Assembly (NCBI GenBank): GCA_040954595.2
Contig: CM082592.2
Span: forward strand, 7,365,677-7,429,676
Reading direction: 5' to 3'
Source of the DNA: Balanoglossus misakiensis
Taxonomy: Eukaryota; Animalia; Hemichordata
DNA: 64,000 nucleotides
Below the pieces are notes generated by a model. The model did not search any database. It saw only the letters and a list, made by a program, of their open reading frames with translations, and had not been told where the DNA came from. Of the stretch, positions 39,601 to 51,776 are shown in pieces; within the stretch, counting starts at the first letter, position 1; every line of letters begins with the position of its first letter. The position numbers and the translations under genes were made by a program.

Positions 39601-40654
39601 TTGTTAGAGTGGTGTAACTTACCTGTTATGACTGGCTGGTATGAAGAACTTCAGAAACTCTTCATAACTAGTGATTTCTTTCTCAGCTAATCCGGGAATA
39701 AATATGTTTCTTTCTCTGTCTTCTCTAATCAGCAAATCTCGATTCTTAGGTTCCAATAGGTCATATACCTGTCCAGTAAAGGAAGTTCCAGATGTGGTTA
39801 TAGTACTCTATGACATATTGGTTTCACTTTGTAGTCTTGTGGAGATCAGGATTCTACTTTTAGGAAAAATACATCTTTGAAAGGTGATCTTTCCAGAAAT
39901 TACTTTCCAGTAAATACTTAATCAAAAAATATCTCCATTTTTACCTTTTCTTGGTAAATTTCCAGGTAGGACAGTTTGACATTATATTTCCAAATGTCAT
40001 TGGACGACTGTTCTGTACTGATAATTGACAGCACTTTGTTTAGACTTCTTGGAATGATGCCAGTGTCAGACGGGGTCCCTATCATGGTGAATGTCTTCCC
40101 TGTTGGAGAAATTGTGTGTGGGGAAAATATCAATGAAGTTACAGAGAGCAAGATGCCAAATGAGCCAAAAATTACCATTTCAATAAGATCAACCACATGA
40201 TAGTCCTCTTTCTAGTTCAGTTATGGTCACTCAATATGTGTCCATCTTTTACCTGCACCAGTTGGTCCATATGCAAACACACTTGCATTTTGTCCATTGA
40301 GAGTATGCTGAAGTAGTGGTTCCACTGATTCTTGATATATATCCTCTTGGGATGAGTCTTCTCCATAGAATGCATCAAAACTTAAAAAAATGAAAACAGA
40401 AGACTATCAGCCAAAAGTGTGAATCTTATGCTGTTTACTGCCTGTTATCAAAACACCATATCTTTCCAACGTAAAAATGTTTATACATGTACATACTTAT
40501 ATTTGAGTGTCTCTTGATTGTTTCTCCAGTTGAAAATTTCCAAGTGTTTGTCATCAATGCCTCTGACGCATGGTTCTTTGAACTTCTCCTTGTCGTCAAG
40601 GACTGGTCGCAGACGTACAACCACCCTGACTCTGCAGCCAGGCTTTTTACTCAT
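36612..40654 (-). CDS. KIF22: Chromokinesin KIF22/Kid, multi-exon
   Basis: Kinesin motor motifs [63 protein letters not shown] and TLNFASKS; a coiled coil; a KEN box (GKEN); C-terminal helix-hairpin-helix ([20 protein letters not shown]). The last exon [10 protein letters not shown] is less certain. Confidence 0.92.
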
Positions 40655-40812
40655 GATGAACTCAGTTCTGCATCTGTCATGGTCAGTATAGTTAGAGGGG
40701 AGAAAAAGATCGTGGGAATTATGCCTTCCAGTGACCACTGTAACAAAAATCAAAACATTGCTTCGACGATCGTGTTCATTTCCTATGTTGAATTTGGTCA
40801 CTTCAGCTGGCG

Positions 40813-40846
40813 ACCAATCAGCGCCGAGAATCGTTGTCTCGCGAGA
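40813..40846. promoter_or_regulatory. KIF22/PAGR1 promoter motifs: CCAAT box and TCTCGCGAGA palindrome
   Basis: accaatca near 40813 and a perfect TCTCGCGAGA at 40837-40846, about 180 bp upstream of the KIF22 ATG. Motif match only. Confidence 0.45.
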
Positions 40847-40907
40847 AGAGACGAGACGAGAACATGGGTCTGTTTTGGTTGTTTCCTGTTTCATTTCTCT
40901 TGTAAGC

Positions 40908-41333
40908 TAGTCTCGGTTACCCAGAGCCCTCTGCTTCTTCCGTTAGGCACTCCAGAAAGAGGGTCTGGGGAAACCCGGTAGACAAACCGTCAGGCGGAAT
41001 CGAGACAGCTGCGATGCATGACGGGAGATTAATATTCGATACGATATTATGATATGACGATATTAGAAAACTATTTACCGAACTTCTCTCTCTCTTTTCA
41101 ATTTGTATACAGTTTTAGCAGGTCTAGCACTTCTCAGCATGTTTTCTTTATCGTATGTCATACATGTCGGCCGTGGGTTCGCGCGCAGGACGTCGCCATT
41201 TTGGAATATTAATCTCCCGTCATGCATCGCAGCTGTCTCGATTCCGCCTGACGGTTTGTCTACCGGGTTTCCCCAGACCCTCTTTCTGGAGTGCCTAACG
41301 GAAGAAGCAGAGGGCTCTGGGTAACCGAGACTA
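40908..41333. mobile_element. Non-autonomous DNA transposon (426 bp) with 130-bp TIRs and 9-bp TSD, AcademH- or MULE-like
   Basis: TIRs at 40908-41037 and 41204-41333 appear to be perfect reverse complements with TAG...CTA termini. Flanked by direct repeats CTTGTAAGC (40899-40907 and 41334-41342). Confidence 0.9.
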
Positions 41334-41649
41334 CTTGTAAGCCCGCTTGAGAACGAAATCAGCAAAGGAAACTGGACACATATAATGCCTGGATACGGTA
41401 GTTGCAAGAATTGAGAGATGTTACATTCATTGTGCAAGGACCTCCTACAGGATAGCACATGCTACAAGGGGGTATTTGAATGAATGATTGATTTGCGGGC
41501 GATGGGAGAAAATTCTACTCTGGGAGAACGCTTCAATGTCTCCTCCAGTCCAGTATTGAGTGACCCATTGATTGAACCAGGTTGGGGTGGCGATTGATAG
41601 GATCATTGGCGTGCTAGTAGTCTGCTACAGTTGATGATTTTTTGTTACC

Positions 41650-42760
41650 ATGGAATCAGACACGGAGAAGGAAACCCCAATGGAGACGGACTCAACAAGT
41701 GAAATTAAGGAGGAACCTGCTGAGGAGCCCAAAACTTCAGCAGAAGATGTAGTGCCAGACTTCGACATTCCTGGTAGTGACTCTGAAAATGAGAATACAG
41801 AGAAAACAGGCGATCCTGATAAGTCTGAAAAGAAGGACAGATACACGTGGGAACCTCCACCCAATGTGATTGTCGAACTCTACGAAAAATTGGACAAAGA
41901 GGGCGTCCTCGAGTTGGACTGGGAATGTCCAAAGAGGAAACTCCCAGAGGAGGAAGCAAAAGAACTTGAAGAGGCAGCCAAAAAAGAGACTGAGGCTGGG
42001 AAGGAGAAAGAAGATGAAGAAAAGTATGTGGTTCAATGCACAAATATCAGATGCGTCTCATACATGATATTTTAAACTATGCTCCAGATCAAATGTGCAG
42101 TGACACTGCGCCCCCGGTTGATGGCATAGTAAATTAGTTGCTATGGTGATGCACAAGTAACAGAATAGCTGTGATAATTGTGCACATACTTCTTTTCAGT
42201 CATGCCCTTGGTTTTTTACATTGTTTGGGTGTGTTTTAAGTACTAACTTCCGCCTTCCATTTTTTTACAACAGGGAAGAGGAGCCAACTGAATTTGACGA
42301 TTTTGATGAGTTATCTGTTGATATAAAGAAAGCAGCAGTCACGCCGAGAAGAACGCCAGGTGAGCTCAAATCTCAAAGTCTCTATATATATTAGCTCTTT
42401 CACCCCCATTTCCCTATGTAAAGGTCCAGCTTTGTCATAGAAATCAATGGATTTGGACCAAACTACAGTGGTGAAAGGGTTACTGTATGTTACGACTGTA
42501 GGCTTGTCGCACCCATCCCACAAGGAAAGTCACCACTTCTCGATGTTCGTTGTATTTCAGGGAGTTGGGGAAGGGAAGGAAAGGGGAGCAGCAAGAAGAG
42601 GACGGCGAGGATGGAGAAGGTGTTCACGGACATGATGAGGCACAAGCAGATGGATGAGACCGGAGATCAGCTGCCGGAAGGGGGCGACGCCCAGATGGAG
42701 AAAACGCCCGTCAGGACTCCAGGCAGGCAGTTCCGAATGCGGAACCGAGACTTCCTCTGA
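41650..42760 (+). CDS. PAGR1: PAXIP1-associated glutamate-rich protein 1 (exons 41650-42023, 42274-42359, 42561-42760)
   Basis: Acidic N-terminus, then WEPPPNVIVELYEKLDKEGVLEL, TEFDDFDE, PRRTPG and KRTARMEKVFTDMMRHK, matching recalled PAGR1 blocks. Confidence 0.85.
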
Positions 42761-44103
42761 GAATGGGGAAGACAAACTATAAACGCCTGGCCTTGTTTGA
42801 TGTTGCATTGTCAATTGAATGCAGCCACTCCTCAGGGATAACACTTGAGACAATCAACCACAGAGCAAAATAACCTGACACAGATTCATGTTTTGTTAAC
42901 TTGAGTTGGTCTTTATGATGAATGAACAATATTATTCAGCGAGATCCATCGTTTCAGGCTGCCACGATGAAACCTGTTGATATCAGAATCTGGGTAAACC
43001 AGACACCTTTAGTGTGTTACACTTCTCAAAAAGCCAGCTGCTCTTTACCACCATGTAACTTGGTAAAATCAAATACATCTCGTTTAGTACAAATGCAGTG
43101 GTTCTTTTGGTCCTACTATATTCAGTTTAGACAAATTTTGCATTTATGTTTTACTTTTTGTTGCTCTTCTCATGGTTCATTCTTGCTCGATCTGGTATCA
43201 TTATCCAGCAAAAGCAAGCTGTCAGTTTTTAAAGCATTGTGGATCCATGCCCTTGATTTGAAATGCATCAAAACTCAATCAACTTGCGCCGCTTAGATTT
43301 TCACAACAGACAGTAGAAAGTGTGTGTAAACGTACAGACTTGTCATTGAGGGCAAAGGCCAATTATTTTTAAAGTCAAGAGAAAATTGAAAGAACTTAAT
43401 TTGCATGATCTGATATGCCAATGGAGTTTGTGTTTTTTTCAGAGAATTCTGAGTTTCCCTGGACAAGTTTGTATTTTTCATCTTTTGACAGGAATTCACA
43501 TTGTCCTTTAGGTAGTCTGTAGATTTTATAATAAAGTTTATATCATGAGAAACTTTTCTTTGGTATAACTAGGAAATAAAAGTCATATATTTATTACAAA
43601 GCCAATTGTTCAATTCTTACATTTATTACATGGGTGATAACTTAGAGTGCCCCCATATTGGTGAACTGTGGAAAACTCAGCCAATATTGTCTTGTTGGGC
43701 CTGGGGCATTTCCTGGTCAAAGTGTGTGTACGCCCATCTAAACAGACTGCTTGGCAATGCGGGCCCGTTCGCCGTGCCAAGCTAGATATATATTGAACCT
43801 AAATTTAGACTGTGAATCATCGTAGCCTCAAAAAGAAAAGAAATAAATACTGAGGGCGCACTATATATATGACCTTTGACATGTAGGGTGTTTTCTGAAA
43901 TGACGTCATAGGGTGTGAGTGTCTGTTGGACTATATATACAGGAACAAGAAGTACCTCACCGAATGTGATCCGTAGTAAACTCGCGCTGGATAACGTCAG
44001 ACCCACTCCGACCACAACGAATGCGGCTTCACCGCCTGCTTCAAGTCTTCTACCAACGTCCCTGAATATAGGGTTAGCGAAAAGTGCGCAAAAATCTCCC
44101 AAA

Positions 44104-46640
44104 ATGTCGGGAGAAACACACACGGTGCCGTCGAGAACGACGACGACCAACGCCGCTGCGCCACCCGCAAATATGCCTACAGCTTCGACATCATCGGCCA
44201 CGGCAACAACAGTCAGCCCGAGTAAATACGTCAAGCTAAATGTTGGCGGTGCTCTGTATTACACGACTCTAGATACACTGACAAAACAGGACAATATGCT
44301 TAGGGCCATGTTCAGCGGTCGAATGGAAGTGCTCACAGATTCTGAAGGTAGGTGTCGGGCATGGGCATAGGAAGGATTTCCTAACTGACAAATCTATTTC
44401 CTGTGTGTATGTTACAGCACTGTCTATGGTTAAAGTCAACTCCAAATTTCCCAGGAACAAAAGAGAAATGTTTGAAAATGAATTGATTAGATCAATTGCA
44501 ATACATACATTTAATGCCTGGTATGGTAATACTTATAATCATGCAATGGTATTATTTTCAATGAGGAAACTTTATAATCCAGCAAGAGAGTAACTTCTTG
44601 TTACTATTTTTAGAAAGTTCTTATGAGGCGGGCGTGATCAAATCTCAAATGGGACCTCTTCACAATAACTGACGTAATCACTCAGTGTTAGATTTACTAG
44701 TACTGTGGGTCACACCCTCATGATTTACACATAAACCCACAGTAATAAAAAAATCTTTATGAATATATTGTCTTATACTAGGAAAAATAATTTAAATGTG
44801 ATGATTTAACTGTTGAGGTCCATGTGTGAAGATGTTGCCATGTCTAACAAGTGAACTTCAGTTTTGTTCCATGAAACCCCCATTCTTATAAAACTATTAT
44901 CGTTATAATAATATGGCAGATATGTTCAGTGACAGGAAATTATGGTTTATGGAAGTGAACGTTTCTGACAGGAATTCTGTGTGCCCTTCCACACTAGGTT
45001 GGATTCTGATCGACCGGTCGGGAAAACATTTTGGAACAATTCTCAACTACCTCAGGGACGGCTCCGTGCCTCTGCCAGAAACAAGGAGAGACATTTCTGA
45101 ACTCTTGCAAGAGGCCAAGTATTACCTCGCGCAGGGCCTTGTGGAGCAGTGCGAAGCGGCGCTGCAGCGAAAGAAGCGTGAAGTGGATCCAATCTGCAGA
45201 GTCCCTGTCATCACATCTTCTAGAGAGGAACAATCACTGATCACCAGTTCCAACAAGGTGAAGTGCCACAAAGCTTGTGACCCTTTTTTCCACTCACCTT
45301 CTCAAGTTAAAATTTCCATACTCTTTCTACTGTTCGTGTCTCAAAATTAATTTTGAAATTCCACTCTGAAAATGTCATGCTAGTGTTCGGAAGTGAATAA
45401 ATCAACAAGAATTTTGCCATGGTTCCCAATTTGACTGCTTCTAGTTACCCATTTAGCCTGAATTACCACACATTTCTTCTTCATGTGGAGTACATCTAAT
45501 ATGTTTTTGTCATTTTTTCCCTCTTTAGCCAATTGTTAAATTACTGTACAACCGACAGAACAACAAATACTCGTACACAAGGTAGGGTCTATATCATGTT
45601 TTTTGCACAAATTACACATTGTTTAGAAAACTTTTATGCATCTCTCAGTGAATTATATGTTGAATTTATGTGATATAAGAGTTGATAAAGGGAAGTGAAA
45701 GACCATATTTACACACACCACCCACCCACACATACATACACTGGTGAAATCTGCCTGTATTGTCTGATTTCCTTGTTTTATAGCAATACCAAATAATGCA
45801 TTTAAAAACCCAGATAAAACTTCTATTGGAGAGTGTTGACAGTCACACTCGTACATTTCTATTATTTTCCCCATCTCAGCAACTCCGATGACAATTTACT
45901 GAAGAACATTGAATTATTTGACAAGTTGTCGCTGAGATTCAACGGTAGAGTGCTCTTCATGAAGGACATCATCGGCCGAAACGAGGAGATCTGTTGCTGG
46001 ACATTCTACGGCCACGGCCGCAAAGTAGCTGAGATCAGCTGTACGTCTATCGTGTATGCCACAGAAAAGAAACAAACCAAGGTAGGTAGGACTGGGCACA
46101 AGCCATGCTTGGTGGCAGTTTTGGTGGATTTCTTGCTCTTCCCCAAACAGCATACTTATATATCCAGTAGTCCACTTGTCAACATAGTCAGTATATGTGT
46201 AATGACCATTGTTATTGTTGACAAAGGAATTCTAGTCCGGACTAGATATTCAAATTTTGCACAATAACAATGGTGACTATATACATATATGTTGTGTTGA
46301 TAAGCTGGATACTGGGCGGCGGCTTGTCATCATGTTTCTTGAATAATGACAAGAAACTACAGTATATACACAAAACAAAAATACTGAAAGCATAGTGAAT
46401 AGTTACAGCTAATGGAGCCTTAATTCAGGTACATGTACTAATTCACCCTTCACCGTCCCCCAGGTTGAGTTTCCGGAGGCAAGGATCTACGAAGAAACCC
46501 TGAACATTCTGCTGTATGAGAACCGAGGTGGTCCCGACGCGGAGTTGATGCAGGCGACGTGCGGCTCCCCCAGAAGAGTACACCACAGCAGCGACGATGA
46601 GAGAGATGACCGCGAACACAGAGGACCAAGAAAATATTAA
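44104..46640 (+). CDS. KCTD10: BTB/POZ CUL3 adaptor of the KCTD10/KCTD13/TNFAIP1 (BACURD) family, 5 coding exons
   Basis: [106 protein letters not shown]. Likely the single pro-ortholog of the three vertebrate paralogs. Confidence 0.93.
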
Positions 46641-49469
46641 TTAATCTTTTCACCACCATATTTCGGTTTGACCATAGATTAGTAGCCTTTGTATGGTCTG
46701 TGGTGTAACCCAGTTGGACTGTAGACCCTGGAGAGTGAGAAGGGAGGATGTGAGAATAATTGGTTTTGTACACCTCCATTTGCATAAAATTTATGCGTTA
46801 AATAATACCACATGTCAAATCATTGTAAATAGCACATCAAGTTCCCAAGTGACAAATAGTTATATTATCATTAACTACTGCCCTGCCCTAGGCTTGACTG
46901 TGAACATACATTGCCTGTATTTTTGTACAGAAAAAAATTCAATGTTTTCCAGGTACCTTTATATGATTGTCTTGGCCCCCATAAGAGATTCAATGTGATA
47001 ACTACCGATTGGATATAATTTATGTAAATGTATACACAACAATCTCTCTTCACAATCTATGGTCAGACCTTATATGGGAGGAAGGTGGAAAGGTTTGCCA
47101 TCTTTTACAGTTTCCATTATAGGGAACATTAACATAACACCCAAATCTCTCTTATATTGCGGAGAATTCCTTGTTTTCTGGTGACCCATTCTGTTGTCGA
47201 AACATTTCTGTTGATATTTTTGAAGTTTATTTCGGTGTCTAATTGTATCAGTTCATTGGGTAACGTGACAACTCAGTGCAATTCTTCAAAACATATCAGC
47301 GCGGCTCGTCATGATGTAGAAAAAAAAATTATACATGGCATGGCGAACTACCAGAAGAAAATACCCTGCAATCAGCAGCAGTCAAAAATAGCAACAGTAT
47401 TCTATATTTACTGCCACAAATTGTTTTCATTTACGATTTGGTATACATGGTACCCCCCTAGCCTAGCACCCCAGAGAAGAGCGCCACCAACGACAGCAGC
47501 TAATATGCGCCTAGCCTTTGATTATACAGGCTTTGATCATGAAAGATTTTGAATTTTTGCTAGCTTTCTTTATGAGATAATATTAAGTCCTATAACAGAA
47601 ATTAATATGACTGTGGCATACACTTGCAAATACCGTTTTCGTGTGTGAAAACCAAATAGGCCACTTTTATGACCTCTATGTGACGTTTGAACAACCTGAC
47701 ATTTTTTTCTCGTTGGAGAGTTTATCATTTTGGGTTGCAAACTCCGGAGCCAGTCAACCATCATAACTCTTTGTTTTGTGCATCTAACTCATTCTAGAAG
47801 CAAAATAAATTTTGAATTCAGTCTGTTACAAAAGGGGGAATGTTGTATGCAACAATGAACGACGTATGATGTCATACGAAAAAAATGCCAAAGTGTAAGG
47901 TCACTTAGTGGGTCATGAAAGTGGTCTATTTACAGACATGTCACGTAGGTTGGGACAGTGAAATAATAGCATTAACTGAAGCGTGCATGGGTACTGTAGT
48001 TTGTCCAATAAATGGTTGCTTTGTTCAGCATGGGTACTGTAGACTGCCCACGTTTTTTTATGGCACCGTCTGGTTTGTATCTGGTAATTTACATTTTGTA
48101 AAGAAATTGAACTCTGTAAATAATAAAATATGGTAATACGTCAGTATCAAATATTGTTGCTGGTCAATTTTCTTTGTTTAATTAATGTGTAGGACACGTT
48201 TCATGCTAAGGGACAGGGAGGATAATGTCCATTATGATATGTGAATGAAAGGAGGATTACCGGTATCAAAAAAGATCATTCAGGGCTTTTTTTAAGACAC
48301 AGGAACTGTGTGTACAGTGTATCAGTGGGGCACCATTTCCTATTTAAAGCTTCAAACGCCAAAATGGGAAAAAAGCAGTCCAAATTGATATTTACATTGC
48401 TTGTCTGTTGACTTCAAGGCCACTCTGAACCTTGTCACAAGCAGTGACCCGTCAAAATATCCTGTGCAAACACTGGTGTGATCCAATCTTTTTAATACCA
48501 ATACATGACGTGGCAAAAAGTAATTGTGTGTCTGTTTGTTTATCTGACAAGCTGATCATTGGATCCTAACACTGTGACTTTAATAAATGCTGCAATGTGG
48601 GAACCAATTTAATGACAAATGTCTACCACTGACTATTTTTAATGAGTCTTTATTTCTGCTTTTAATAGAGAATACATACACTTTTACTGGTATCACATGA
48701 ACTGAAACTAAAACTTATGAACTGGGAAAAGAACAGAACAGAATAGAAAAATACAGAACAGCAATAAAAAAAGTCAGCTGGATTGTGTTAACAGTATAAT
48801 AATATGTAAATACTGGTTGAATAATAACAGCAGAAAAATATTTGGACAAAAAATTTTCCACACTGAAACTTATTCTACAGAGAAAATGCACAGCATGATG
48901 ACTAGAAATTGTACTTATGTATTCAGAATTGAATGAGTAACATCATTTAGAAATGGTGTAAAAAAGCTTATTTATCAACACTACTGCCAGATAAATTCCT
49001 CTCAATGTACTACAAGTTTATCCTGGGGTTTCATTCAATCAAAACTTACATGATTACAAGCTTATAGATTTATAGATTTTATTCAATAATTTATACCAAT
49101 TATTCTTTTGATAAGCAATTCCATTTGACACAGTCATATAATTTTGTAGATAAGTTACAGCCCGCGAGTTATAGCCTCTTTGTCTACTTATCAGAGAGCA
49201 CTCTAAGTGCTACAGGAACGATAACATGGACAACACAGACATATTTGTGACAGTGTCAGTTTGTAACATAAGGGTATAAAGCTGCTCAGAAATTTGTGCA
49301 TATTACCAGGTACTCAATTCATAAACAATAAAATTCTATAACCACCATCCCTCCCGTTCCTTAGAAATTGTGCTGTAGACACTACAGTTGGACCACAAAA
49401 GTAATAAGGTGGTCTAAAGTGTCTGTAAATAGCCTCTGATCAAATTAGCCCTAAACAATAATAATTTCT

Positions 49470-51776
49470 TCAATTTTCCTTATTGTGTGAATTCCCCAGT
49501 ATCGCTTTCTTCAACTTTTCCTGGTCTTCCTTCGTGAAACCAATGGATTCCAGGTACCCTTCCACTGAGCCATATCTGAAATGGAAATGGGAATGGCAGT
49601 CAATGTCATTATCCTGGTTTTACACCAGTTAGCTAGGGGGAGGGGTTGGGGCATGTACAATCGACTTCAAATACAATCAGTGCCTGTGAATGTACAAGTC
49701 TAGATTTAGTGCCAATCATTTTCTTTTGTAACCATGGCAATATACTGGGTGTCAACATTGACATTGTAGTAAACATTACACTTTCATCTCTTCTTCAAAT
49801 TTACTTTGAATGTACATGTATGTTCAGTGTGGTGCAATTGATCAGTTACTCAGAAATGAAGATGACTATCGATGAGAGCAGGCAACGCGCGATGATGTTG
49901 CTGTATAGATCCGCTGAGATAATTTTGGTTCAATTCCACAACAGTGCTAGGATGTAAGGTCACACAGGTACACACACGCGCACATACAAACACATGTAAA
50001 ATGGCCATGAAAATAGCCATTTTGAGAGGACAGGTGGGTGTTTCACCCAGCAACTTTTATATCTGAGACATCAAATGATAAGCCCGGGCTGCAGCAGACT
50101 GCACATGTCGTTCAATACTCACTTATCATTCATATAGTCCAGCAGGCTGGCCATTGTCTTGGGTTCAGAGTTGATGAAATCTTCAGGAAACTCAAACCGC
50201 TTCACGATTTCGTCGTAGCATCGCTGTCGAACTGGAAACAGCAGCGTCTGAATACACACATATGATGTTAAATTCACTTTGCATTCTAGATAGTCCATCA
50301 AAATTAGTCTGATGGGCACTGGGTTTATTTGTTTGGTGGACGAGTCTAATGCATTATTCATAACATGACCTGAGATGCTCAGGTGAATGTCATGCCAGAA
50401 TCAGACTCGGATTCGAGGTGAATACTTTAGTGGCACACAGCTGTAGCATATGAATGCTCAATACATTTGAATCTCTGAAGAGCATGAGTTTATGTGCCAT
50501 TCTTCTTCAAATGTGATTCACATACCTGCGACAGGGAATAATCTCGGATGATTTCATCTCTCGGTTTCCCCAGAACAGACTGTACAAGCGCCGCTACTAT
50601 ACCAGTTCTGTCTTTGCCGTGTGCGCAATTGATCACTGCCGGCAGATATTCCTCGTTTGACAGTATCTTTAGTGCTGTAGGACACAAAGTGATAGACATG
50701 TAAATGTTCTGACTTGGCCTGTAGAGCTTAATATTTCTAGCAGAATCATAAATTACTGGTCCATGGGAGGAAGTTTGCATTATATTTTGGCCTTTGTGTA
50801 CTATCCCCAATAAATCACTGGGGTGCTATAATATTTACAGTTTGGCATAATTTCTGAAGGTTTCATACTAGTATTTGAAAAAGTGTGTTTGCAAGGGACA
50901 TCAACTGACAAATGATATGCGTCAGATCGATATATTCATTGTCACATTGTTACAATAATTGGATACATTGTAGCAGGCATTCACAATACATGTAATGTAC
51001 AAATGAAATCAGTAATCGCGTCAAAACGAGGCCATTAGGCAACTCCTTCCTCTGATATTCTTATATATATATCAGACTGATCTTGAACCCGAACAGTCCC
51101 CAGGTTTGTTGCATTCAATTACATATATGATACAAACATCACACAGCCTTTAATACAAAAGCACGCTCTTACCTGAATAAATTTGCTTTTGGCTCATTTC
51201 AAGCATATCGGTGTAGTTGGAGATCAAACCGGCGTCGTTGAGTACGTGCCGGGCATAGTACCTAATGAAGTGGTGAGTACGAAATATAAGATCGCAGATG
51301 AGGTATAACAACGATATCAACCGCTTATGCACAGGGGCCCGGTTGTACACTACCCATATATAGTTCGCAGAGTAGAAATCGATCAGGAAATGTCTTTTCG
51401 GGTTGGTGGGGTCATCGGTGGGGCTTTTGCGCGGCGTCTTCTTCTTCCTGACTTTCGCCGGGCTGAATTTAACCTCCCCGCTTTGCTTCGATCGTTTCGG
51501 ATCCACGGCAACAATGCTGAAATCCTCGTCCAACCTCTTCTCCCCGTTGGCGCGTTTGTATTCGCTGACAGAGCGGCAATCGACCACGGAGCGAATGCCC
51601 AGTTCCCTCAGCTTCTCGTAGTCCTCGTCGGCGATCACGTCGGGGCGAGACGATCTGTAGAGTATGCCCTTGCACTTGGTCCCGTTGTCTGGATAGATCT
51701 GCCGGAAATTCGGCATTGATGATAAATTAATCACCCCGTTGTCACCCGCAAGGCAATCACCTTCGCCACCAGCCAT
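49470..51776 (-). CDS. Cys-based tyrosine/dual-specificity phosphatase of the Y_phosphatase3 (PtpB/IphP/LipA-like) family (exons 51776-51173, 50674-50526, 50247-50123, 49575-49470)
   Basis: MPNFRQI, GILYRSSRPD, LGIRSVVDCRS, the catalytic loop NCAHGKDRTG (CX5R), EIIRDYSLS and KYGSVEGYLESIGF. In-frame GT-AG introns. Confidence 0.87.

Noticed and set aside
40487-41458. ORFs of 127-164 aa around the KIF22 promoter
   Set aside because: They overlap KIF22 exon 1 antisense or the MITE arms, have non-ATG starts and show no motifs.
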